Below are positions 1-9,174 of a stretch of DNA of 63,349 nt, piece by piece; the first letter of the stretch is position 1, and each line of letters begins with the position of its first letter. Below the pieces are notes generated by a model, which had not been told where the DNA came from, did not search any database, and saw only the letters and a list, made by a program, of their open reading frames with translations. The translations under genes and the position numbers were made by a program. The stretch spans positions 1 to 63,349 of the forward strand of contig CAIRNV010000203.1 of NCBI GenBank assembly GCA_903880005.1, read 5' to 3'. The DNA comes from an uncultured Verrucomicrobiota bacterium (lineage in GTDB: Bacteria; Verrucomicrobiota; Verrucomicrobiia; Limisphaerales; UBA9464).

Positions 1-158
1 ATTTCGTGTATTTCGTGGTTCCACAAACGCTGAGCTGTGGACCCCCTGCATGCAGGGTCGCGTGGTGGCGTGCTTCCTCGGGTAGGTGCATGGGAGCCAT
101 GCGAGGTGCTTGAGCGCGGCGAAGGGTTGGAACCACGAAATACACGAAATACACGAAA
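1..158. repeat. Inverted pair of 9-nt (CACGAAATA) tandem repeats
   Basis: 1-23 is the exact reverse complement of 128-150 (TGGAACCACGAAATACACGAAAT); a third partial unit runs to 158. Confidence 0.9.
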
Positions 159-248
159 AAGAGGGTCTTCTCGTGCCCGCGGATCGTGTCCGTGGACTCG
201 AGTCTTCGCGGGCCGTCCATGGTGCTCGGTTCCCCTGACGGGGAGATG

Positions 249-293
249 AAGCAGATCGAGCAAGCACGACCGATCCAACTGAATCGTTCCGGC
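249..293. mobile_element. Truncated end of the 165-bp MITE (family B)
   Basis: AAGCAGATCGAGCAAGCACGACCGATCCAACTGAATCGTTCCGGC nearly matches the reverse complement of the start of the 40272 copy; followed by TAA and overlaps the DUF1501 stop codon. Confidence 0.8.
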
Positions 294-1777
294 TAAGCCA
301 GCAGGTCCTTCACCACGTTTCCGTGGACGTCGGTGAGGCGGAAGTCGCGTCCTTGATAGCGGTAGGTCAGCCGCTCGTGATCGATGCCCAGGGTGTGGAG
401 GATGGTGGCGTTGAGGTCGTGAACATGGACGGGGTTCTCGGCGACGTTGTAGCCGAAGTCATCGGTTTGGCCGTAGGTGAGCCCGCCGCGGACCTTGGCT
501 CCGGCCATCCAACCGGAGAAGCAGCGGGGGTGATGGTCGCGGCCGTAGTCCTCCTTGCCGAGCTTCCCCTGGGAGTAGCTGGTGCGGCCGAACTCGCCGC
601 CCCAGACGACGAGGGTGTCGTCGAGGAGGCCGCGCTGGCGAAGGTCGGTGAGCAAGCCGAAGGAGGGTTGGTCGGTCTCCTTGCATTGCTGGCGGATGCC
701 GCCAGGGAGGCCGCCGTGCTGGTCCCAGCCTTGATGGTACAACTGGATGAAGCGGACGCCGCGCTCGGCAAGGCGTCGGGCAAGGAGGCAGTTGGCGGCG
801 AACGTCCCGGGCTTGCTGACGTCGGGGCCGTAGAGGTCGAGGACGGACTGGGGTTCCTTGGAGAGGTCCACGGCCTCGGGCACGGAGGATTGCATGCGGT
901 AGGCCATCTCGTACTGGGCGATGCGCGCGTCGATCTCGGCGTCGCCGGACTGCGGGCGTTGCAGGTCGTGGAGGTCGCGCAGTCGGTCGAGCATGGCGCG
1001 GCGGGAGGCGTCGTCGATGCCCGGGGGGTTGGCGAGGTAGAGCACGGGCTCGCGCCCGGCGCGGAACTGGACGCCTTGATGGCCGGACGGGAGGAAGCCG
1101 GGGCCCCAGAGTCGGGAGTAGAGCGGTTGATCGACCTTGCCGCGGGTGACGAGGACCACGAACGCGGGGAGGTTGGCGTTCATGGAGCCGAGCCCGTAAT
1201 GGACCCAAGCGCCCAGGCTGGGGCGACCGGAGATCTGGGATCCCGTCTGGAGGAAGGTGATGGCGGGGTCGTGGTTGATGGCCTCGGAGAAGTACGAGCG
1301 CACGACGCAGATGTCGTCCACGACCTTGGCGGTGTGGGGGAGCAGCTCGCTGACCCAGGTGCCGGCCTTGCCGTGGCGCGCGAACTTGAAGGCGGACCCT
1401 GCGAGCGGGAGCGTGGCCTGGTTGCCAGACATGCCGGTGAGACGCTGGCCGCGTCGGACGGAGTCGGGGAGTTCCTGCCCGTGGCGCTCGTTGAGGACGG
1501 GCTTGTAGTCCCACGTCTCGAGGTGGGATGGCCCGCCGCTCATGAAGAGGTAGATGACGCGCTTGGCGCGGGGCGCGTGATGGGTGGACCTGAGGAACGC
1601 GCCCTCGCCCACGACGGAAGGCGTCCCGGCCGCGTGGGCTCCAGGGCCCATGAGGTCGGCGAGGGCCATGGCGCCGAGGCCCATGCCGAATCGGTTCAGG
1701 AACTGGCGCTTGCTCAGGCCGAGGGCGGGCGCGGGCCCGGTGCAATGGGGGTCGTGGGCGTTCATGGGGAGGTTCAT
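293..1777 (-). CDS. DUF1501 domain protein (sulfatase-like, PVC-typical), Tat-like leader
   Basis: SKRQFL leader, AKRVIYLFMSGGPSHLETWDYKP, WDQH, GGEFGRT, GRDHHP, RLTDVHG; ATG at 1777 overlaps the upstream stop (ATGA). Confidence 0.9.
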   Translation of the reverse strand: MNLPMNAHDPHCTGPAPALGLSKRQFLNRFGMGLGAMALADLMGPGAHAAGTPSVVGEGAFLRSTHHAPRAKRVIYLFMSGGPSHLETWDYKPVLNERHGQELPDSVRRGQRLTGMSGNQATLPLAGSAFKFARHGKAGTWVSELLPHTAKVVDDICVVRSYFSEAINHDPAITFLQTGSQISGRPSLGAWVHYGLGSMNANLPAFVVLVTRGKVDQPLYSRLWGPGFLPSGHQGVQFRAGREPVLYLANPPGIDDASRRAMLDRLRDLHDLQRPQSGDAEIDARIAQYEMAYRMQSSVPEAVDLSKEPQSVLDLYGPDVSKPGTFAANCLLARRLAERGVRFIQLYHQGWDQHGGLPGGIRQQCKETDQPSFGLLTDLRQRGLLDDTLVVWGGEFGRTSYSQGKLGKEDYGRDHHPRCFSGWMAGAKVRGGLTYGQTDDFGYNVAENPVHVHDLNATILHTLGIDHERLTYRYQGRDFRLTDVHGNVVKDLLA

Positions 1778-4700
1778 CGCTTCATCACGAACTCGTCGTG
1801 GTTCATCAAGGTGGAGACGACCACCGTGGCGGCGGCCAGCTCGGGGGCGGGGATGGCGGGGTCGGCGGGCATCTCGCCGACCTTGAGGTATTGCTGGGCG
1901 GACTCGGGGTGGCTGTTGAAGACGGCGCGTTGCTGTTCGAGAAGGCGGGCGAGGACGCCGGCCTCGGCGGGGGAGGCGTCGCGGCCCATCACGCGGCGGA
2001 AGACGCGGGCGAGCCGCGCGGCGTCGTCGCGGCTGCCGGCCTCGCGCCATGCTTGCTGGGCCAGGACTCGGGCGGTTTCGAGGAACTGCGGGTCGTTGAG
2101 GAGAACGAGCGCCTGGAGGGGCGTGGTGGTGGGCTCGCGCTTGGCCGTGCAGACCTCGCGCGACGGCGCGTCAAACGTGAGCATCGACGGGGGCGGGGCG
2201 GTGCGTCGCCAGAAGGTGTAGAGGCTGCGGCGGTAGAGGGCCTCGCCGTGGTCCTGGGAATAGGACTTGCCGGTGCCGGCATCCTCCCAGACGCCGGCGG
2301 GTTGATAGGGCTTGACCGAGCGGCCGCCCACCTTGCCCGCGAGCAACCCGCTCGCCGCGAGCGCGCGGTCGCGCAGCACCTCGGCGGGCCACCGATGCCG
2401 GGGGCCGCGCGAGAGCCACGTGTTCTCCGGATCCTTGGCGCGCGACTCGGGTGTGCCGGCGGAGGATTGCCGATAGGTGGCGGACGTCACGATGAGGCGG
2501 TGCAGGCCCTTGCGGTCCCAGCCGGACTCGATGAAGCGGTGGCAAAGCCAGTCGAGGAGCTCGGGGTGGGAGGGCGCGCGGCCTTGGTTGCCGAAGTCCT
2601 CGACGGTCGAGACGAGGCCGCGGCCGAAGTGGAGCTTCCATGCGCGGTTGACGGCGACGCGGGAGGTCAGGGGATGGGACGGGTGGGTGAGCCAACGGGC
2701 GAAGCCAAGCCGGTTGCGTGGCAGGTCGTCGGGCATGGGGAAGATGCGGGAGGGGACCCCGCGTTCGACGGCGGCGCCGGGGGCGTCGTAGGCGCCGCGC
2801 GCGAGGACGTGGGTGGGGCGCGGCCGTTCCATCTCCCTCATCACCATCATTTCCTTGAGGCCGGTGACGAAGGCGTCCTCGTCGGCGCGTGCCTTGGCGG
2901 CGGCCTCGCGGGCGGCGGCGATGTTGGGGTCGGCGCGATGGGCATGCCACGCGAGGAGGTCGGAGGGCGACGGGGCGGACGTGCCGCCGGCGAGGCGCGA
3001 GACCTCCCATGGGGTGAGGGCGGCGCCATGCACGACGAGGTCGTCGATGCGGCCGTTCTTGAAGCCGTTGTCGCGAAAGCGTGCGCCGAGGGTGAGCGAG
3101 AGGGATCCGGCGCCCGAGTCACCCCATTCGCCACGGTGGCGGATGTCCTTGTAGAGGTGGTCGCGCACCACCTCGGCGTCGGCGCGTCGGCCGTTGACGT
3201 AGAGGGCGACGCCGGCGGCCTTGCTGGAGCCGTCGTAGGTGACGGCGACATGGGACCATTGGCCCACGGGGAGCTTCTCCAAGGCGCGGACGGCGACGGC
3301 GTTGCCGGGCCAGAAGTGGATGAGCCCGAAGAACGGGCGGCCGGCGTCGAGGACCAACTCGTAGCCGCGGGAGCCGGAATCGGTCCAGGCCTGGGAGAGG
3401 TGGAGGACGACGGCGCGCGGGCGGGCCTCGGCGGGCTTGACCCAGAGGCTGATGGTGAAGGGGTCGTTGCGGCCGAAGCGACCGATACCGGGGAGGGAGA
3501 CGGAGTCGTCGCCGTTGAACTCCAGGGCCTTGCCACCGCGATCCTCGACGAGGCGGACGGCTCCCTCGGCGGCGCCGTTGGTGGAGACGCCATTGGGGGA
3601 CTTGCCGGCGGTGGCCGTGTCGAAGGCATAGGACGCGAGGGGCGCGGGAAGCGCGGGGACGGGCGGCGGGTTGGGGAGGACGGAGGCCTGGAGGGCGGCC
3701 GCGAGCCGTTGGTGGGCGAGGGCGAGGGCCTGCTTGAGATCCTCGTGCCGCCGTCGTTCACCCTCGCGGTAGAGGAACATCGTGGGCGTGGGCGTGGCGC
3801 TGGTGAAGTGCGAGTAGAGGCCGGACTCGTCGATGCTGTTGAAGAAGGCGGCGATGGCGTAGTAGTCGCGCTGGGAGACGGGGTCGTACTTGTGATCGTG
3901 GCAACGGCTGCACTCCATGGTGAGGCCGAGCATGGCGGTGCCCACGGTATGGACGCGGTCGGCGACGTATTCCTGGCGCCATTCCTCCTCGATGCTTCCG
4001 CCCTCGTTGGTTTGGCGATGGAGGCGGTTGAAGGCGGTGGCGAGGACCTGTTCCTCGCTGGGGTTGGGGAGCAGGTCCCCGGCCAGTTGCCACGTGAGGA
4101 ACTGGTCGTAGGGAAGGTTCCCGTTGATCGCCCGCACCACCCAGTCGCGCCACGGCGACATGTCGCGCTCGACGTCCGACTGGAACCCGTAGGTGTCGGC
4201 GTAGCGGGCGAGGTCGAGCCATTCGCGGGCGAGGTGCTCGCCGAAGCGCGGGGAGGAAAGCAAGCGGTCCACGTAGGCCTCGTAGGCGGCCGGGGACGGG
4301 TCCGACGCGAGGAGACGAAGGTCGTCGTCGGAGGGCGGGAGGCCGGTGAGGTCGAGGGCGACGCGCCGCGCGAGGTCGTTGAGGGCGGCCGGTTGGGAGG
4401 GCTTCAGGCCCTCGGCTTCGAGGCGTTGGAGGACGAAGCGGTCGATGTCGTTGAGGGCGGGTCCGGTGGCGCGGGGCGTGGGGACGGGAGGCAGGCGAAC
4501 GGGTTCAAAGGCCCAGTGCTTGCCCCAGGGGGCACCCTCGGCGACCCAGCGCTTCAAGGTGTCCTTCCGGGCCTTGGACAACGGCTTGTGCGTCTCGGGA
4601 GGCGGCATGATCTCGTCGGGATCGTCGAGGTCGAGGCGCCGGACGAGTTCGCTGGCCTCGGGCTTGCCGGGGACGACGGCGGCGCGGCCCTTCTTGTTGG

Positions 4701-4905
4701 AACGGACGGCCTCCTCGCGGAGGTCGAGTCGAAGCCCGGCCTTGCGACCCGTCTCGGACGGGCCGTGGCAATGGAAGCAATGGTCGGACAGGATGGGCAG
4801 GATCTCGCGGGAGAAGTCCACGGGAGCGGCGGTGGCCGCCCAATGAAGGCATCCCAGGAGCCATGCAAGCCGCGCCCAGCGAGTGGAAGTGGTGCCCATG
4901 CGCAT
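1774..4905 (-). CDS. Planctomycete cytochrome c / DUF1549 / DUF1553 (PSD1) protein with LamG-like insert
   Basis: CFHCH and CSRCHDHKYDP heme-type motifs, WLDLARYADT, PSHPELLDWL, TTPLQALVLLN; LamG-like W.HVAVTYDG...LYVNG; signal peptide; start 4905 or 4899. Confidence 0.9.
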   Translation of the reverse strand: MRMGTTSTRWARLAWLLGCLHWAATAAPVDFSREILPILSDHCFHCHGPSETGRKAGLRLDLREEAVRSNKKGRAAVVPGKPEASELVRRLDLDDPDEIMPPPETHKPLSKARKDTLKRWVAEGAPWGKHWAFEPVRLPPVPTPRATGPALNDIDRFVLQRLEAEGLKPSQPAALNDLARRVALDLTGLPPSDDDLRLLASDPSPAAYEAYVDRLLSSPRFGEHLAREWLDLARYADTYGFQSDVERDMSPWRDWVVRAINGNLPYDQFLTWQLAGDLLPNPSEEQVLATAFNRLHRQTNEGGSIEEEWRQEYVADRVHTVGTAMLGLTMECSRCHDHKYDPVSQRDYYAIAAFFNSIDESGLYSHFTSATPTPTMFLYREGERRRHEDLKQALALAHQRLAAALQASVLPNPPPVPALPAPLASYAFDTATAGKSPNGVSTNGAAEGAVRLVEDRGGKALEFNGDDSVSLPGIGRFGRNDPFTISLWVKPAEARPRAVVLHLSQAWTDSGSRGYELVLDAGRPFFGLIHFWPGNAVAVRALEKLPVGQWSHVAVTYDGSSKAAGVALYVNGRRADAEVVRDHLYKDIRHRGEWGDSGAGSLSLTLGARFRDNGFKNGRIDDLVVHGAALTPWEVSRLAGGTSAPSPSDLLAWHAHRADPNIAAAREAAAKARADEDAFVTGLKEMMVMREMERPRPTHVLARGAYDAPGAAVERGVPSRIFPMPDDLPRNRLGFARWLTHPSHPLTSRVAVNRAWKLHFGRGLVSTVEDFGNQGRAPSHPELLDWLCHRFIESGWDRKGLHRLIVTSATYRQSSAGTPESRAKDPENTWLSRGPRHRWPAEVLRDRALAASGLLAGKVGGRSVKPYQPAGVWEDAGTGKSYSQDHGEALYRRSLYTFWRRTAPPPSMLTFDAPSREVCTAKREPTTTPLQALVLLNDPQFLETARVLAQQAWREAGSRDDAARLARVFRRVMGRDASPAEAGVLARLLEQQRAVFNSHPESAQQYLKVGEMPADPAIPAPELAAATVVVSTLMNHDEFVMKR

Positions 4906-5077
4906 TCTGGAAACGATGTCCAAGGGTGCGCCTCAATTCATCCCCAATCTTGCCGGGCGGGAAACATTTCGAGGGCCGTCCCAAGCCACACGCGGCACGG
5001 GGTCCCTGTGGATTCGGCGTTGCCCTGCGTGGGCGTGGGCCCATAGCCTCGGCGACATCCCACGAGCATTTGTCGTC

Positions 5078-6433
5078 ATGAGACCTACCTACACGCGTGT
5101 CTTTGGTCGTCGTCAATTCATCCAGTCCGCCGCCAGCGCGGCCTTTGCCTTCAGCCTGGTTCCCGCCCGGGTTTGGGGCGCGAACGAGCGGCTGCGCGTC
5201 GCCGGCATCGGCGTGGGAGGGAAGGGGTCGGGCGACCTCGATCAAGCTGCCAACCATGGCGACGTGGTGGCGTTGTGCGACTGCGACGACACGTCGCTCC
5301 AGGCGAAGCTGAGGAAGTTCCCCGCGGCGGCGGGGTTCCATGACTTCCGCCAGCTCTTCGACAAGATGTCGGGCAAGATCGACGCCCTGACGGTCAGCAC
5401 GGCGGACCACAACCACGCGCTCGCGGCGGCCATCGCCATCGAGCACGGGATCCACGTGTACGTGCAGAAGCCGTTGACGCACGACGTGTGGGAGGCGCGC
5501 TGGCTGCGGGACCTGGCCCGCAAGCACAAGGTGGCCACGCAGATGGGGAACCAAGGCACGGCGGAGGACGGGCTCCGCGCCGGGGTCGAGGCCATCCGCG
5601 CTGGCGTCCTGGGCACCGTGCAGCACGTCCACGTCTGGACGAACCGGCCCGTGTGGCCGCAGTCGCCGTCGGTGGTGGCGCGTCCGGCGGGCACGCCGGC
5701 CATCCCGCCGCACATCCATTGGGACGCATTCCTGGGCACCGCGCCCGAGCGCCCGTATCACCCCGACTACCACCCCTTCAAGTGGCGCGGGTGGTGGGAC
5801 TTCGGCACGGGTGCGCTGGGCGACATGGGCTGCCACACGGCGAACCTCCCGTTCATGGCGTTGGAGCTGGACCATCCCACGCGCATCGTCGCGGAATCGG
5901 AGAAGCCCAACCCCGAGACCTGCCCGGGCTGGGCGACGGTCCGGTACGACTTCCCCGCGAAGGGCAAGCGCCCCGCCGTTGGGGTCACGTGGTACGAGGG
6001 CAAGTTGCCGTCCGGCACCAAGAATCTTCCGCCCATGGACCTGTTCCATGGCGAGAAGCCGGCGGACTCCGGCTGCCTCATCGTTGGGGACAAGGGCGTG
6101 ATGTACTCGCCGTCGGACTACGGCTCGAGCTGGAAGCTCCTGCCGGGCGACCGTTTCAAGGACTTCGTGGCCCCGGCGCGGACGCTGGCGCGCAATGGCA
6201 AGGGCGACCAAGGGATGAAGGACGAGTGGGTGGCGGCGATCCGCGGCGGGCCCAAGGCCTTCTCGAACTTCGACTACGCCGGGTTGCTCACCGAGTTCAT
6301 CCTGCTGGGCAACGTCGCGATCCGCGCCCAGACCGAGCTGAAGTGGGACGGCCCGAAGTTCCGGCTGACGAGCGGCGCGGCGGCGGCGAAGCAGTACCTC
6401 AAGCGCCCGTACCGCAAGGGCTGGACGGCCTAG
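5078..6433 (+). CDS. Gfo/Idh/MocA family oxidoreductase, Tat-exported
   Basis: RRQFI Tat motif, GIGVGGKG, HVYVQKPLTH, QMGNQG, GALGDMGCH. Confidence 0.9.
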   Translation: MRPTYTRVFGRRQFIQSAASAAFAFSLVPARVWGANERLRVAGIGVGGKGSGDLDQAANHGDVVALCDCDDTSLQAKLRKFPAAAGFHDFRQLFDKMSGKIDALTVSTADHNHALAAAIAIEHGIHVYVQKPLTHDVWEARWLRDLARKHKVATQMGNQGTAEDGLRAGVEAIRAGVLGTVQHVHVWTNRPVWPQSPSVVARPAGTPAIPPHIHWDAFLGTAPERPYHPDYHPFKWRGWWDFGTGALGDMGCHTANLPFMALELDHPTRIVAESEKPNPETCPGWATVRYDFPAKGKRPAVGVTWYEGKLPSGTKNLPPMDLFHGEKPADSGCLIVGDKGVMYSPSDYGSSWKLLPGDRFKDFVAPARTLARNGKGDQGMKDEWVAAIRGGPKAFSNFDYAGLLTEFILLGNVAIRAQTELKWDGPKFRLTSGAAAAKQYLKRPYRKGWTA

Positions 6434-6585
6434 CGGGTGCGATTCAGCCGGGAATGCATCGGAGAGGCGGCGGCCGCAATGCGTCGCCAGCGCCGGGCAA
6501 GGCAACGGCAACAAGGGCCCGGCAAGGATTCGCAAGGGGCAGGGAGCCCGCGCGGCGGTCGTCGTGGCACGATGACCGGCGCAAC

Positions 6586-8751
6586 ATGAAGTCGAAGTTG
6601 AACAGGAAGGCTCCATGCCCGCGCCGCAGGGATTGGCGGCTCGCGGTGGGGTTGGTGATTGCGGGATATGCAACGGCCCATGCGGACGCCCCGGTGGATC
6701 TGGCCCGGCAAGTCATCGTGGGAGAGGCGGAGTTCGAGGAGTTGGTGCAGACACCCTACATGCCCCCCGTCTTCGGGACCCAGGTGTACTCGGGGAAGAA
6801 GACGACGGTGCTGGACCTCGACGACCTTCCGCCGGTCCTGAACAACAATTATCGGCAGGCGTTGACGAAGGCCCCGGGCCTTTTGCTGAGCGAGGAAACG
6901 ACCCCGTTGGTGAGCGTGGGCTACCGCGGGTTGAACCCGCATCGGATGCAGTTCACGCAGGTGCTCAAGGACGGCATCCCGATCCATGCGGACCCGTTCG
7001 GGTACCCCGAGGCGTACTACACGCCTCCCTTGGACACGGTGGATCGACTGGAGTTCGTGCGGGGTGGAGCCTCGTTGATGTACGGGCCGCAACCGGGTGG
7101 TTCCCTGAACTACGTCACGCACCGGCCGCGGTTGGACCGTCCGTTTTCCGCGCGAACTCAGCATGTCCTCGGGTCGGACAACCTCTACTCGACGTACACC
7201 TCGATGGACGGGACGTCCGGGCGCCTGGGGTATTACGCCTACTTCAACCATCGGCGCACCGACGGGTTTCGATCCGCGAACAGCGACGTGGCCCTCTACA
7301 CGGGGAGCGCGAGGCTGGTGTTGGATGCCAAGACCGACAGTCGATGGCACCTGACCTACGACGGGTATGGGGAGGAGCACGGCGAGCCGGGTGGTCTTGC
7401 GGCGGCCCCGGGCCCGGGCGCGGTGGAGTATGCGCGGGACCGAACGGCGGCCACGCGTCCCTTCGATCGGTTCCTTCTGGACCGGCACTTCGCCGCCCTC
7501 GCCTGGGAGAAGGACTTCGCGGAGGACTCGCGGGCGACGGTGACGGGTTGGGGTGGGTATTACTCCCGGGTCAGCCGACGCCAGACCGGGGGAGGCTTCG
7601 GGGTCTTGGCGACCGGCCAGGGCAACACGATCGAGGACCAGCGCTTCTTCACGCAGGGATTGGAGGGTCGGGTCCGGCATGGGTGGGGGTGGGACGAGAA
7701 CCAGCACGCCTTCGCTGCGGGCGCGCAGGCGTACCACACGGCCTCGCCGCGCGTGGACCTTCGCGGGGCGAGCCCGGTGGCGACGTCGGGGACGCTGTTG
7801 CGGGACACGGACCGCTCGGTGTTGTACACGCCGGTTTTTGCCGAGAACCGGTTCGTGTTGGGGGACCTCTCGATCACGCCGGGGGTTCGGCTGGAGAACA
7901 TTTGGCAGGGCGTACGCGAGAACGTGAACGTGGACAAGGCGTCGCGCGGGACGCCCTTGGGAGACGTGCGCGACCATGACTTCGTCCCGCTGGGCGGCCT
8001 TGGGTTGGAGTACACCTTGCCCCGCGAATCCACGGCCTACGCCAACTTGTCGCAGGCGTATCGCCCGAAGCTCTACACGGAGGCGGTGCCGACATCGGGC
8101 GGGGCGGTGGCCAACCAGGACCTTGCGCCGGGCCAGAGCTGGCAGGCGGACGTGGGGCTTCGTGGGCGGCCCCTGCCGTTCGTGCACTGGGACACCAGCG
8201 TGTTCTGGATGAACTTCGACGACCAGTTGGGGACGGTGGGCAACACGGTGCAGAACATCGGGCGCACGGTGCATCGCGGGTGGGAGGCGTCGGTGGAGTT
8301 GGAGTTGGTGGGGTTGACGGATCGGCTGCAAGGCGGCGAAGGGCGGGGTGGGGAGCAGGAATTCGCGCTGCACGCGAACGTCATGTGGCTCCATGCCGAG
8401 ATCGAGTCGTCCGCGAACCCGGCGTTGGTGGGCAACACGCCGGCGTATGCACCCGGCCACCTCGTGCGGGCGGGGGCCGTGTACCGGTGGCTGGGACGGG
8501 GCAAGGTGGCGTTCACGGGGACGGTCGTCGGCGAGCACAACGCCAACGAGAGCAACGCGGCGGCCTACGCCGTGCCGTCGTACATGACCTGGGACCTGAC
8601 CCTGGAATGGAAGGTGTGGCAGGACCGGCTCAGCGTGTTGGGGGGCGTCAACAACCTCCTCGACGAGCGGTACTTTGCGCGGGTGCGTCCGGACGGCATC
8701 GATCCCGCCTACGGTCGCAACTTCTACGCGGGGCTGATGTTGGCTTTCTGA
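6586..8751 (+). CDS. TonB-dependent receptor (FecA-like)
   Basis: Plug motifs LKDGIP...DRLEFVRGGASLMYGPQPGGSLNY, NNLLDERY, C-terminal aromatic strand ending in F. Confidence 0.9.
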   Translation: MKSKLNRKAPCPRRRDWRLAVGLVIAGYATAHADAPVDLARQVIVGEAEFEELVQTPYMPPVFGTQVYSGKKTTVLDLDDLPPVLNNNYRQALTKAPGLLLSEETTPLVSVGYRGLNPHRMQFTQVLKDGIPIHADPFGYPEAYYTPPLDTVDRLEFVRGGASLMYGPQPGGSLNYVTHRPRLDRPFSARTQHVLGSDNLYSTYTSMDGTSGRLGYYAYFNHRRTDGFRSANSDVALYTGSARLVLDAKTDSRWHLTYDGYGEEHGEPGGLAAAPGPGAVEYARDRTAATRPFDRFLLDRHFAALAWEKDFAEDSRATVTGWGGYYSRVSRRQTGGGFGVLATGQGNTIEDQRFFTQGLEGRVRHGWGWDENQHAFAAGAQAYHTASPRVDLRGASPVATSGTLLRDTDRSVLYTPVFAENRFVLGDLSITPGVRLENIWQGVRENVNVDKASRGTPLGDVRDHDFVPLGGLGLEYTLPRESTAYANLSQAYRPKLYTEAVPTSGGAVANQDLAPGQSWQADVGLRGRPLPFVHWDTSVFWMNFDDQLGTVGNTVQNIGRTVHRGWEASVELELVGLTDRLQGGEGRGGEQEFALHANVMWLHAEIESSANPALVGNTPAYAPGHLVRAGAVYRWLGRGKVAFTGTVVGEHNANESNAAAYAVPSYMTWDLTLEWKVWQDRLSVLGGVNNLLDERYFARVRPDGIDPAYGRNFYAGLMLAF

Positions 8752-8807
8752 TGCGGGGTGTTCGGGGAAGGACCCGAGGAAGACGAGGATAAAGAGGAGG
8801 AGGAAGA

Positions 8808-8883
8808 TGGTGGCCGGGGGCGGGATCGAACCGCCGACACTGCGATTTTCAGTCGCATGCTCTACCAACTGAGCTACCCGGCC
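8808..8883 (-). tRNA. tRNA-Phe(GAA)
   Basis: GGCCGGGTAGCTCAGTTGGTAGAGC...TGCGA-CTGAAAA-TCGCA...GGTTCGATCCC...CCGGCCACCA; 76 nt with encoded CCA. Confidence 0.97.
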
Positions 8884-8955
8884 ACCGAAGGCCCGACATG
8901 GAACCGGGCGAGGTGGCGGGTTGGCAAGGGAAATTCCGCGCGAAAACAAGGGCGG

Positions 8956-9108
8956 GTGCATCCCGAGGTTGTGGGCGGGAGTTGGGCGGGCAACGGAGAT
9001 CGGACCGGTCCCGCGGTGCGGGAGCATGGAGTGGCGGCCGGGGACGGCCGCGCTCCCAGGATTGAGCGCACACGACGCCTTCGAGAACACCCACATCCTC
9101 GCGACGCG
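8956..9108 (+). repeat. Family A element (TIR GTGCATCCCGA with internal REP-like hairpin); right TIR degenerate
   Basis: GTGCATCCCGAGG...GACCGGTCCCGC...GCGGCCGGGGACGGCCGCGCTCCCAGG...CACACGACGCCTTCG, shared with the 29751 copy. Confidence 0.85.
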
Positions 9109-9174
9109 ATGCGTTTCCTCGGGAGGCAACGTTCCAGCTTGGAGGCGATGTAGGCGGCGGGCATGGTCGTTCCG

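Noticed and set aside
323-5046. Long + strand ORFs 323-2221 and 1798-5046, and similar antisense ORFs such as 12505-14589, 29986-31734 and 56949-58283
   Set aside because: Shadow frames opposite well-supported genes in high-GC DNA; no family motifs
5488-6585. 1087-aa version of the TonB-dependent receptor
   Set aside because: The extension overlaps the Gfo/Idh/MocA gene out of frame; a signal-peptide-bearing start lies at 6586
8770-8807. Purine-rich GAGGA-type run between the TonB receptor gene and tRNA-Phe
   Set aside because: Short low-complexity tract with no second copy or structure I can support
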